DNA from: Octopus vulgaris
Taxonomy: Eukaryota
Direction: 5' to 3'
NCBI GenBank assembly: GCA_951406725.2
Contig: OX597827.1
Coordinates: 38,998,001 to 39,062,000 of the forward strand
DNA length: 64,000 bases
The position numbers and the translations under genes were made by a program. Positions 50,958-64,000 of the stretch are shown in pieces. The notes under the pieces are model-generated. The model did no database searches. It worked only from the letters and a program-made list of their open reading frames with translations, and had not been told where the DNA came from. Each line of letters starts with the position of its first letter. Positions within the stretch are counted from its first letter, which is position 1.

Positions 50958-52822
50958 GAGATGTATGTATGTATGTGTGTGTGTTTGTATGTATGTATGT
51001 ATGTATCTGTGTGTGTGTGTGTGTGGGGGGCATGCGTACATCTGTGTGTGTGTGTAAAGAGAGAGGGGTTTAAGGGCTCAGTATAGTTCTTGCTTGAGGT
51101 TTTCTGTAACTGTAGTATCTGTGAACTTATAGAAATATAAGCACTGTGTTGATGGCTGGTGCATAGTTTGAAACAGTCTCTGTTTCAATCGCATAATACG
51201 AAGACTTGTTGTCATATTCAATTGAAGTGTATATACTGGAATATACATATAGAAAGAGGCAACCTAATCATACAGCTGCTGCCATCTACTCGAGATGGAG
51301 AGAAGGCGTGCACCTAAGTGTTGTTTAGATCGCAAGCTGACATTCAATACAAATGTAAACACGGTCGTCAAACACTACTCCAGTCATGTGCTATAAAGCA
51401 ACCTTTTTTCATTCGTCATACACAACGCTGACACATGGAATGAACTGGCTTTTAGCAAAAGCACTCGAAGATTGAAGAGCAGATGGAGAAAGAGTGTCGA
51501 TTCAATTTTTGCAGTCAATTCATTTACTTCGACCTTAAAATTACATATTTTGATGTAAACAGTGAAAGCAGGGAATAATACACGGGCCACCCTTCGATAT
51601 TAATACACGACGTTATTCACCCACACAACCTTCTTTCATGACAGAGAAAGAGGCTAGGCTGAAAAAGTGGATGAATGATGTCGTCTTCTCAGTCAAACAC
51701 GCTGTCGACCAATATCGAAGGAATGCCTAATACACGTTTAGCAGAGGATCTTTGACAAAATACTATCTTTGTCCGGGCGTCGATGTTCCCTTGTGGTTGT
51801 TATAATTGAAACGAACAATACCAACAATATTTAAAATAGTAATGGTTTCTGAGAATTATGTAAATTCAAGGCCAGTAATTTTAAGGAGTGGGGATCGATG
51901 ACATCGACTCCAGTGCTCGACTGGTACTGTTGCTTTGGTTGTTGTGTCGGCTGGTCTGCGGCGATGATTGGTTGAATTGAATGACAATATCTTCTCTTCA
52001 GCTACGCGAAGAAGTAACTGAACAAAACTTGCAAACATCTAACAGATTTTATTATCGCACATAATGTCAAACTGCATTGGTCTTTTACAAATAACAACAG
52101 CAATAATTACATACTGGGAGAGATATACTGCTTAGGGTCTACAGCAGGGTACTCATACTGCAACACGTGGCTTGCTCAACATAACTGGAAACAATTGTGC
52201 TATGTTCGTGGCGACGGTGATTCTTGACATCTGTCTGAGCCGTCTGCGTGGGTCGTCTGGTGTAGCAAGAGTGGAGACACATCGCACAGCTGCCTCAACA
52301 TCCTGCAATTAATTACCGCCGAAAGCAACCTTTTATAGAGCACAAGAAGTAGATGCTAGAAGATTGAATCCCCCGATGGCTTGACGCTGATTGGTTAATT
52401 AATTGACCGATTACGTGAAACTATTGGGGTTTGCTCGTTATGTTTGACCGAGTATCTTGAGATTCAGATTCGAATTCCCACTACTGCACCTTTATATTTT
52501 ATCGACCCTGAAAGGATGAAAGATAAAGTTGACCTCGACGGTATTTAAAACCAGTATGTGAAGAGCCAGAAAAAAAAAATACTGCACGGCATTTTGTCCA
52601 ACGCTCTAATGATTCTACTAGCTCACCACCCTTAACAACAACAACAACAACAACAACAACAGCAGCAGCAGCAACAACAACAACAACATGGGATGTTTTA
52701 TTGATAAATTAATATAGTTTTGTAAAAACTTTGTAACGGTTGGTGTCACCAATGTAACGATAGGGGTCACCAATTGTGAAGGTATTCTATTATGATATAT
52801 GTTGGAGTCAGCAGTTACCAAT

Positions 52823-53313
52823 TGTAACGGGCGTTGTTGTTGCAGATGTGTAAGATGAACGAAGAACAGTGATCGAAGTTGTAAAGAAATATTTATTCAC
52901 CGTTGCTTTGTATATATCCAAAACCACGACGGGTTGGTAAATGGAAAAGCATGCGAGGTAAAAAGAGTTAATTAATTTCGGTCGGTATGTGTGTACACGT
53001 TCTTACTGTTGTAGAAATCCATAGATAGTGATAGCATGATGTCGCAAGAGAAAACAAAGTAATGGTTGCCTGCTTGTGGCCATGACTCTAGTTGGTCTCT
53101 ATCTGATTTTGTCATACCAAATTCTAGTATTTATAACTATGCAAAACTAGCTAGAAGGATAGACATATTGTTGAGAACGATAAATATCGTTGGTGATACC
53201 TGCTATCTCAATTCTAGCTTTTGGTGAAATAGAAGAGGTTAGAAGGGTCAAGTGGCAAAGACATTATTCTGCTTAGCGAAGGCATCTGGCAAATGTAATT
53301 GCTGTCACTTACA
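52823..53313 (-). mobile_element. Probable LTR followed by primer-binding-site-like motifs
   Basis: TGTAA...TTACA termini, TATAAATA at about 53130, AATAAA at 52892-52897, then at-TGGT immediately downstream; no TSD seen. Confidence 0.5.
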
Positions 53314-54429
53314 GAAAAGCTATTGTTTTACCGTGAGAAAAGTGCTGTTGAACTGTTAAATGAAATTTAGCAATCGAGGATCGAATCCACGCCATGCCTG
53401 AATGAAGCCACAACTTAAGAGATGTTCATAAATTTCTATATCTTAACTATGCTATGTCCAGCGTATCGATGCTTCTCTCGAAAATCCCCCCCTACTCGTC
53501 CCCATTCCATCGACAGGCATGTCAACTACCAGTCCAATCAAACAGCCTATATTAGTAGACACAAGCCAGTTCTTCTATTTAGCGCCGCAGCATCACCAGT
53601 AGTTAAACCGACAGCCGTAAATCTTCCATCATTTGTTGTCTTCAAAAATAAAGAGAGACAATATTAGGGCCTTTGTTAGAGTTATAATGTAAGTATAGTA
53701 GTAATTGTGAAACTATAGTAGTGAACAAGTAAATAAGATAGGGATTATAGTAGTAATAGTAAAATTATAATAGTAAACAAGTAAATAATTGCCCAGATTG
53801 ATAATTACTCAGAATGATTAACAAGTGGCCTTGTGAAACCGTCGAGTCGTCGGCGACTAAACTGGCAACCCCACTAAGCTTGCTTGGTGAGGAGGGTGGA
53901 TTTTCGACACACTTCGGGATTAAAAATAAAACCCGGCAAAGGGTAGAAGAACTCAAGAATCAATGGCCATTCCGAAAACGGGTAGACGGAACTCGAGAGC
54001 CTTGGTTGGCATTCACTCTTGGAGAATGAACATTCTGATTTAAAACTGAGGAAGACTCCTTAGTCACAATTGTGACAACCTGTGAGTGTCCAACGGCTTC
54101 ATGACTGGGATGAAGACAAATGAACCGCGAATCGGGACTTAATTCCGGAGCAATATTTGGATGAAGATACGGGACCAACTGCCGCTCACCTGTCTCCTAG
54201 TGAGAATCATGGTCATGAACCCTAACACACAGAAATGTGAAGGAAACAGACTCGACTTATGGGTAGTAAGTGCTCTGCAATCTTGGTTTACAATCTCACT
54301 AGAGATGGTGTCTCGATAAAAATACCGGTTGATAGCTAACCTTAAAATGCAAACCTCATTGTTGAGTGAAAATGTCTAATACAAATGTATCAAATAACGG
54401 TGTTAATGAGGCTGGAACCAAAGGCGAAA

Positions 54430-57062
54430 GCCATTCACCCGGCAGGTGACTTGTGGTTGAGCAGCACAGGCCCGATCGTCATCCAGGGACTGCTTGTACA
54501 CGAAGCCAGAGGCAGAGAAGAAGGTGGGATTAGGAGGCAAACTGAACGGTAATTGAATGCTGGATCAGGAGTGAACCCAGTAGAAGGGGATTCCGACCAC
54601 GAATGAAAGCAAAATGGAATGAAATAGAACTCTTCGAAATAAGTGAACAACGGTTAGCCGACCAGACGAGCAATAAGAGTAAAATGGTGGTTAACAGACA
54701 TAGAAATTGAAGAGATAAAAAGGAAAGTAGAAAATAGAAATAATATTTTACCAACAGATACATTGCTCAGTGAGAACAGAGAAATGAATGGCGGCAGTGA
54801 AGACGTAGAACAAAGTGTAAATGTAAATACATTCTCAGCAAACGAAGCAGAAGTAATAGGAAGAGCTATGAAACAAGAATATGATGATGACTGACAAGAT
54901 ATAGTGAGGGTGCTGAGCCGATATATTAGAGAAGACCATGATCAAGCACCCACCAATCTGAGGTACATTGATCAACGCAAGTTCAAAGTTGAAACCGAAA
55001 AGATAGATTCGGTCCTTGGGCTATTCCAAACAAGAAATACAACTGAAATTAACAAGATTATTTGGGTTGCAGCTATGGTTACTACAGATAAAGTTGGATA
55101 CAAAAGAAAAGAACAAACAGTACGTAAAGAACCATTCTGGCGTAGACGAATTTGTGAGAAAGAAAGTTAAAAAGACATTTAGAACAAGTTGATAGATTGA
55201 GTAAAGGGGAATTGCAGAACGAAAGCATAAGAATAATGCTGGAAAGAACCTATCAAGAACAAAGAGATAAAAGGTATGATGTGATATTGGAAGAATTGAA
55301 ACAGATACATTGCCCAGTGAGAACAGAGAAGTGAATATTGGCAGTGAAAACGTAGAACTAAGTGTAGTAATCAAAGGAAAACTGGAAAGATATGACAATA
55401 GAACAAAACAATTCAGGCAAAACAGATTGTTTGAAGTAAAACAGAAGAAACTGTTTCAGGAACTAGAAGGGCAATTACACGTAACAACGATACCAGATGC
55501 AGAGGAAAGTAGGGCATTCTGGAGAGGGATCTGGGACCAACCTGGAGAGCATAATGATGAAGCTGAGTGGCTGCGTTGAATCCAAGATAGGTTAAGAAAT
55601 ATAGAAGGCCTTAATGAGATACCTAGCCCAAAGTAAGGAAATCTTGCTAGTGACGGGAACGAGGGAGTACTGAAATCAGAGAAAAGATAACTACAGAAAT
55701 GATAAAAAAGCAATTAAAAAAATTCCCAAATTGGAAGAGCCCAGGACCGGATGGAATCTAAGGTTATCTTATGAAGAAGCTGAGAGGGATCCATGAAAGA
55801 ATAGCGCCATTGCTATATGAGTGCTTTCAGAAAGGTGCAGTGCCCAGCTGGACGACAAAGGGAAAGACATTGTTGTGTGTCTAGGATCCTGAAAAGGAAA
55901 ATGTTGCATCCAACTTTAGACCAATAACGCGCCTTCCGCTAATGTGGAAACTAATGTCAGATGCGTTGGCCGGTGAACAAAGATACTTGGAAAACAGTGG
56001 GCAACTATCTATTGAACAGAAAGGGTGCCGAAGGAGGAGCCGGGGAACGAAAGATCAGCTCTTAATTGATAATCTAATTATCAGGAACTGCAAGAGAAGA
56101 CACAAACCTGAGCATGGCATGGTTGACTATCGTAAAGCATACAACATGATATCACACACCTGGGTAATAAAAGTAATAGAAATGTATGGAGTAGCAGAAA
56201 ATACGAGAAGTCTTATACAGAATAGTATGAAATGCTGGAGAACGGAATCGACAGCAGGGAATCAAGTATTAGGAGAGGTGAAAATCAAGAGAGGTATCTT
56301 CCAGGGGGACAGTGTGTCCCCACTGATCTTCGTGTTGGGAATGATCCCCTTGAGTGAACTACTACAGAAAACAAAGTTGGGATATGATCTGGAAAGAGGT
56401 AAGGGGAAACTGAACCACTCGCTCTTCATGGACGACCTGAAGTTATTCACAAAAACTGAGGCAGGACTGGACAACCTAGTCCAGTCTGTCCGGATTTTCT
56501 CCAATGATATTAAGATGGAATTTGGACTCTCAAAATGGGCTACGTTGGTGATGAGACAAGGAAAGCTTTCCAGAACAGAAGACATATGGTTGCCAAGTGG
56601 TGAAATGATGAAGGCAATTCAACCTCACTCCAGCTATAAATACTTGAAGCAGATGGAATCAAACACAATGACATGAAAGAAAAGACAAAAAGAATGAGGA
56701 AAATATTGGTTTCAAAGCTAAATACCATAAACTTAATTTCGGTACTAAACTCGTGCACAGTCGCAGTAGTTCGGTATGGCGCTGGAATCCTGAAGTGGAT
56801 AGAGGAAGAACTAAAGAAGAATGTTTCTAACGATGCATGGAGCTTATCATCCACGCGCAGATGCTGATTGCCTATACACGAAGAGAGCAAATGGAGGAAG
56901 AGGACTGATAAATGTGGAAGACTGCGTGCGTATCGAACTCGAGACCTTAATGAGATAACTAGCCCAAAGTAAGGAAACCTTGCTAGTGACAGTTAGGAAC
57001 GAGGGAGTACTGAAATCAGAGAAAAAAAGGAGAAACAAAGGAAGAAGTGCAAAAAGGACATG
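54430..57062 (+). mobile_element. Decayed R4/Dong-clade LINE (RT region), 3'-truncated at (AAT)n
   Basis: [62 protein letters not shown]; many stops. Confidence 0.9.
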
Positions 57063-57242
57063 ATAATAATAATAATCCTTTTTATTATAGGCACAAAGAC
57101 TGGAATTTTAGCAGCGGAGGCAAGACGATTACATCGCCTCCAGTGCTCAAGTGGTTCTTAATTTATCGACATCCGAAAAGATGAAAGGCAAAGTCGACCT
57201 CGGCATTTTGTCCGGCGAGGTAACGGTTCTGCCAACAATAAC

Positions 57243-57600
57243 TGTTTTTATTAGCTACAAGGGTTCAAAAAGATATAGTAAAATCTAACGTATGTTGAAC
57301 TATAGAGACCTTACAAATACGTGCGGAGTGGGACGGGCAAGTTATATAATCACGAAGAAAAACGAGAAAGATGTTATACAATTAATTTTTGTAAAAAAAA
57401 AACACAAATAGTTATTAAGTGGAATAAATAAAAGAATATAATAAAACCCATACTAATTAAAACAAAATTCAGTCAAAAAAAGAAAAAAATGACGGCGACT
57501 AGCAACACATAAGGTGGGAAGACATAACTTACATTTATCAGGGCAACCCACGTTCCTGATTAAGCAACATTTTTACATCTTCCCTGTATTGTTTATAGCT
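57243..57600 (-). mobile_element. 3' UTR remnant related to the Tx1 element
   Basis: tttttattagctacaaggg resembles the Tx1 3' end tttttattggccacaaggg; also next to an (aat)n run. Confidence 0.4.
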
Positions 57601-58048
57601 GGATAATAATAATAATAAATTAATTAAAAAGAGATGTTAGAAAAACAGTGATTTACAAAGTGGTGATTTACACGTGACAGGAGCTATAATCTGTTTGTGA
57701 ATGCCGCATGAATGATTAACGCATAAGAGATAACCGGTCCGATATTACGTAATTCAATGCACACGGAATTGTGTCAGCAGTTGTGGGTGGCAGGCTGTGA
57801 GAAGTCTAAACCATCGCTTTGTTTGTTACGGAGACAGACTGCGATGATGATCATGATGGTGGGACAGAATCGTTAATAATGCTTTCCAGTATTTGTTCCG
57901 GCTCTTTACGTTTTATGTTCCGAGTTCAACATTGCCTTTCATCTTTTCGACGTCGACAAAATAAGTACCAGTTGAGCACTGGAGTCGATGTAATCGACAA
58001 GCCTCTTCCCCCCACAACATTACACGCCTTGTGCCTACAGTAAAAATA

Positions 58049-58571
58049 CCGTAAATCCTCGAGTATAATCCGCATTTTACCCCAAAATTTAAAGGTCAAA
58101 ATCCCTAGTGCGTGCTATATACGAGGTTTAAGATGAAAATTATTTTCTAAGCAATGTCCGAGTCTGTATTTGTTGTCCGTAAATGTTTATTCAGACGCAT
58201 TTTGTGATGTCGGGCGCGAAAATACCTTAAGCTAAGCCTGAAAGCAATGAAGTCATAAAAGAATCATCCATAATATGCAGTAAGCAACATTTGTTAAACG
58301 TTATTGCTGTTATTACTGTTATTTCTTTATTTTCTGCAGACAAAATGCCCCAAAAAGTAACACGTTTGCATTATGTTATATATCCAATAATAATAATAAG
58401 GGACGTTACCGTATACAGTTTTACAAACCAAGGACGTTATATAGACCTATTTGACTCAAGTTAGAGAAGGGGTGTGTATTATACACAAGGTTTAGGTTTT
58501 TCAGAGGTACAGCTCCCTAAAAATCCCCTGTGTATTATACTCAAGGGCTGACTATACACGAGGATTTACGG
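58049..58571. mobile_element. Tc2/pogo-like MITE, copy 2
   Basis: ta|ccgtaaatcctcgagtata ... cgaggatttacgg|ta. Confidence 0.88.
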
Positions 58572-59288
58572 TACACAAGACCAGCAGTTTCGGGAGAGGG
58601 GGAAAGTCGATTACATCAACCCCAGTGCTCAACTGGTACTCATTTTACCGACCCCGAAAGTCGACCTAGGCGGTATTTGAACTCAGAATATAAAATACGG
58701 ACGAAATGTCGCTAAGCAGTTTGCCCGGCGAGATAACGATTCTGCCAGCTCGTCGCCGCCTTAGAAGTGATTATAATTATTAGGGTTATTATTAAGGCGG
58801 TAAGTTGATAGAATCGTTTGCACGCCAGGCGAAATGCTTAGCAATATTTCGTCCGTTTTTACGTCCTGAGTTCAAATTCCACCGAGGTCGACTTTGCTTT
58901 TCATCCTTTCAAGGTGGTGGTGAGTTAAATGTGTAATTAATTTTTTTAACCAATTTTTTTTTTCTCTGTTACTGAACCTATCAGTAACGCTTTCGCGTGA
59001 TTAGTTGAAGAGAAAGGCGAAGAGCGAGAGAAAAAGGGGTGAAAAGAAAAGCACATTATATCATAGACTACATTATCGAATTACATACATTTTAAGAATG
59101 GCAGGGTGTGGTTTGAGGGAGACCAATAGGGCATTGGGTGGCTCTAGTAGAGACCACCCTGTTGTGACATTCAGGTCTCCAGTCTGAGGATAATTTTTCT
59201 GACAGTTTCAACTATCTGATATATATCGATTAGATTTCTTGAATGTACCAATGTACACACAGAGTAACCGCATCAAGTCATATAGATC

Positions 59289-59400
59289 AGCGTTTTTCAA
59301 ACTGTAGGTCCCGAACCTTCTTCAGTGGGTCGCGAGATAAATAAAATCGGTCACGACAAAAAAGTTTTTAAAATGCTGATATAGATCGTATCTCGATAGG
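59289..59400. mobile_element. hAT (Charlie-like) terminal fragment
   Basis: cagcgtttttcaaactgtaggtcccga...gtgggtcgcga terminus; other end not located. Confidence 0.45.
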
Positions 59401-62399
59401 GTATATTTTAGGTTAGCGGATTGAAGTAGTGTCGAGTATTTAAAGTTTCGACACAGATCACAAATTTATCCGTACAGGCGATTTAGATAGATGTGAATAG
59501 GGACCCAACTACTGATCGCATCATTTCTGGTGCGTAACAGATTAACAAACTAGTTAAGGATTATCACTTTATTAGTAGAAAATTATAGTGTAGGATTTTT
59601 AGTTGTTCCAGTATGTTCACGTTTTTTAAAAAAAAAGATGACAGTTTCTGGACTTCAAGGATGGAATATTTCTTCCATAACACAATTCTTTGATTTCTTT
59701 CTTTCCAAGCAGACGTTTGAGCTATCTATGCAGTACTACTTGGAAATGGAAACATTGTTAGTGTTTGTTTCTGACGCTGCTGCTAATGTCATTGTTGTTT
59801 AGCACCAAGCGGCCTCGATCCAGTAAATCTATGGTTGTCCTTTTTCGTCGATGGTTGACGGTATTTCTGTTTCCAGAAGTGCCTAACTCTAAGTACACTT
59901 ACCATTTAATCATGGATACCCTACGAAGGAAAGACAAATCAGTACATTCGGAGCATCCAAGGAACACAGGTGATGTCAGATATTAAGTATAACCGTACTA
60001 ATCCGCCATAAGTTCTTTCTTTCCGCATTTTCTGTAGAGTATTTACTCCCTTAGTCCTTTTTAAACGCTTAATAAATTACCATCCCGCCCACTCCCTGTG
60101 AAGGTGCATGGCTCAGTGGTTAGAGCGTCGGGTTTACAATCATGAGGTTGTGAGTTTGATTCTTGAACTCGAGCTGAGTATTATGCTCTTGAACAAGGCA
60201 CTTTATTTCACGTTGCTCCAGTTCACTCAGCTGTAGAAATGAGTTGCAATGTCACTGGTGCCAGGCTGTATCGGCCTTTGCCTTTCCCTTGGATAACATC
60301 GGTGGGGTGGAGAGAGAAGACTGGTATACATGGGCGACTGCTGGTCTTTCACAAACAACCTTGCTCGGACTTGTTCCTCCTCCGAGAACTTTCTCGGTAA
60401 AATTCCATGGTCATTCGTGACCAAAGGAGTCCTTTCCCCTTATTCTTACCCTTTAAATTACCCCCACAAGGCAGCAAGGGCTTATTGTTATAATGGGCAA
60501 GGCTTGTGCAGGGCCAGTCTCATTCTCACGTCCTTCGAACTTGTATCGCTCAAGTGCAATAAGAGTTCCACACGATCAGCAGTAATCAGGATACGGGAAT
60601 TGTATGGAGTTATCTTTTCTTAGCTAGGCAGTTAAAGAGCTGAAGGGCTTCATCTGTCCTGGGTCCGTTGGGATGTCTATGAGGGACCGTCTTCCAGTAG
60701 CAATTTCATGACATGCTAATTAACCGATAGCTGTGACCCTGACATGTTTCACTTACTCTGGGGCAGAGTAGACCTGAGAGCAGAAGGGGCCAAGACGTAG
60801 TGGTTCCACATTCCTCAAAACTCTGGAACTCCTGAACCAGGGATTCACAACCAGATGCTATAAACTTATAATCAAAGACATTTCAACTGTCCCACTTTTT
60901 TTCAGGCAAAGTGTATATAGGACATTGTCATCATCTTAAGTGTCGTTTGTAATTTTAAAGACTGTAAGGTGTGATTTAATGGATATTTGGCTGCTAAATT
61001 TAGCAGATTTAATGACCGAGCGGGGGGTCCCCTTGTTGGTTCTTCAGATTCCCTCAGTGACTGGCTGTTGTTGCTGTTGCTATTATTGGATAAAACCGCT
61101 AAAAGTTTGTGTGTGTGTGTGTGTGAGTGTGTGTACGTGTGCGTGCAAACGTGTGTGCGTGTATGTATGGAAATATTTTTTCTCTCTCTTTAATTTCAAA
61201 CTCTACTATTTTTGCCAATTAGCTCAGAATCTTTACATTCGGAATAAAGAAAAAAAATTATATTGAGAAAACATAGAAAATGAGTGAGTGAAGGAGAAAA
61301 ATATATGACGCGGGAAGAGAGAAAAGAGAGTGAAAGAAAGAAAACTAATACAAAAACAAAAACTAAAAACGAAAACCAAAAATTTCCATACATTTTTATT
61401 TTCGTTGTGATGTGAACTATATTGATGAGAGACCAATATAGATCTTTTGACTGAAAAATATTTCGAGAAGAGAGGAAAAACTGAATTAATCTATCAGCTG
61501 ACGCTAAAGATCCGTTTACGGTGCAATGGAGAGGGGGGGAGAGCAAATAATAAATAAATGAATTGAAAAAGTAAAATTATGCTAGTTTACAAAGATAGAC
61601 AACAAAATTCAATCATTATGTGCTTTCCACCATCACCACTTAATAAATATAGCCTTTCTCTCTCTCTTCCTCTCTCTCTCTTCCTCTCTCTCTTCACTCG
61701 TTTTCTTTCTCTGTGTTTCTGTCTGTCTGTCTCTCTCTATCTTTCCCTGTCTCTATCGTTCTCTGTCTCTCTTTCTCCCTCTCTCTTTTTCACTCTCCCT
61801 CGTTCAATCGTTCTGTCTATCCCTCTGTGTTGCATATTCGTTTCTATATAGATTTAACCTTCGGGAAAGCGGTTAAAATATCAATTTTTTTTTCATCTCA
61901 ACTTTCATTGTCAAAATTCATTGTTCCCCGTTAAGCCGAAGCGTTTCATAAACAATTGACTATTATTTTGTCTTGGCCCAGCTAGCTAACGTATGAATTT
62001 AGTTGTCAATCTTAACACGCTTACATACACGCGTGCCCACACAAATATACACACATACATACATACATACATACATACATACATACATACACATTCGCAC
62101 ACACACACACACATATATATATATGCATACATATATGTGTGTGTGCGTGCGTGTGTCAATTATACGGCAACTAGCACGCACTCTCATACATGCTTACGCG
62201 AGCGTGTTAGAGTGAAAGTGTGTGTGTGTGTGCGTGTATGTATATATATATATATACATACACACGCTCCTAATAAAATATAACACATATTAGCTCTCGT
62301 ATAACATACCATAAAACAAAAACTTAGGTTTCAGATGTTGATACACACACACACACATACATACATACATAAATACACACACACACACATACATACATT

Positions 62400-62470
<71 letters not shown>

Positions 62471-63515
62471 CTGTGTGTGCGCGCGTGTATGTGTGTATGT
62501 TTTGTCTCTACTCTTGCCGTTCTGAATATCTAAACAATTTCAGAAAAGAAAAGAGGGGAAGGGGAAGGGGAAGAAAAGAAGAAAAAATATGCGGTGTTAC
62601 TACGGAAACTATCAAATCTCTCCTTTAAGGCATTTTGGAATCCTTATTTGGCTGTTTATTCCACTCACCCACCCATTTACCCACCTACCTCACTTCTAAA
62701 ATTCTACATCACATACGGCTCAGCCCTGGTGGCGGTAGTGGATGTGGAGTGTTTTAGAAGCAGGCAGGCTGGTGGAAGCGATGGCATTGGTGGTGATGGT
62801 AACATTAAAAAAAAAAACCAAAAACCAAAAAAAAAACCTGCTTCCTTCCTCTTTTCTCACGTAACACTGTCATGTTTCCCATACAGAACATTTTTAGCAA
62901 TTAAGATCACTGATAAATGAATGCTATTGCTACTGCTGCTGCTGTTGTTGTTGTTGTTGTTATTTCCCTCTCCCCTTCCATTCCCCTTCCCTCATCCTTC
63001 CCCTCCTTCCTACTTCCTAGTCCTTCCTTTCCTCCTCCTCCTCCTTTCCCTTCCAGATCTTTTTGTACTTCTTCACCGTTTCCTTTTTCTGATTTCTTCG
63101 TTTATATTTTCACTTCTTACTTTTTCTTCTCTTTTTCCTTATTTCTTTTCTTCTTTTCCTTTCCTTTTTTTTCTTGTCAAGGGCCAGACATGGTGGAGTT
63201 GAACCTGAGAAGGAGGGCAACAGATTTTAGTCTGCCACCTGTTTTAGGCTATGCTAGTATTTGAACTGAGAACGCAAACATCCGCAGCAGCATGTCTTGC
63301 AATGAGTCCCGTCTGATGCTTTAACAATTTCTGCCAGCCCTCCACACTAGACTGGTACTTGATCTGTAGATTCCAGAATGATGAAAGGCATAGTTAACCT
63401 CAGCAGGAACTGAAGTTACAACACAATAAGCCAGAATTTTCAAATTGGTTACAGTGTTGTCTCCCTTGCTTTCATTAACGTTAATGGTTTCACTTCGTTT
63501 ACGAGTATAATTTTA

Positions 63516-64000
63516 TCAGATCATCCCATAAGTTCTGTCCGAATTTTGAACAAAGAAAACAATGTTATATTTAATTGAAATTTAATCATCAATGTACTTT
63601 CCTTGATTATCTGTGACTTCCTTCCATCTATTTACAATCTTTTTAATCGCATCAATGTAAAACTCTTTTGGTTTCAAAGTGAAGAACTCTGAAATGTCAG
63701 TTTCGACCTCCTCCTGGCTTGCGGAAGTTATGTCCCCCAAATGATTCTGTAAACTACGAAACACATGGTAGTCTGAAGGAGCCAGGTCGGGAGAATAAGG
63801 TGGATGAGGAATTTTTTTCCCAATCAAGCTCTTTGATCTTCTGTGATGTGATCTTTGTAGTGTGGAGTCATGCATTGTCCAGATGAAACATCACTCCTTT
63901 TCGATTCAATAATGCGGGTCTTTTTTCCTTCAAAGCTTGGTTCAAACACTCTAATTGCCGACAGTAGACTTGAACATTGATTGTTGCATTAGGTGGTAAC
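63516..64000 (-). mobile_element. mariner (DD34D) transposase 3' part, truncated by window edge
   Basis: HPPYSPDLAPSDYHVFRSLQNHL...RWKEVTDNQGKYIDD. Confidence 0.9.

Noticed and set aside
53320-54420. Possible LTR-element internal region
   Set aside because: No gag/pol motifs, polypurine tract or second LTR identified

Overview
AT-rich eukaryotic genomic DNA saturated with microsatellites. The repeat repertoire (tRNA-derived SINE families typical of Octopus, Tx1/R4/RTE LINEs, Penelope, Tc1/mariner, Merlin, Helitron) suggests a cephalopod, probably Octopus (inference). No intact host protein-coding gene is evident; almost all listed ORFs are microsatellite or transposon artefacts. Weak evidence suggests the 5' end of a minus-strand gene at about 0.7-3.9 kb. 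Largest elements: a near full-length L1/Tx1-clade LINE (38941-44523, minus) sitting in an (AAT)n tract with an internal inversion, a decayed R4/Dong-type LINE (54.4-57.1 kb), maT, rosa and mariner transposons, a Merlin transposase fossil, a Penelope GIY-YIG fossil and two Helitrons. The most notable signal is a set of type I hammerhead ribozyme motifs in non-coding Penelope-like repeats. One is a near-perfect 144-nt palindrome carrying a complete hammerhead on each strand (23237-23380); another lies in the spacer of a large inverted repeat (10566-11615). All calls were made by eye and most boundaries are approximate.
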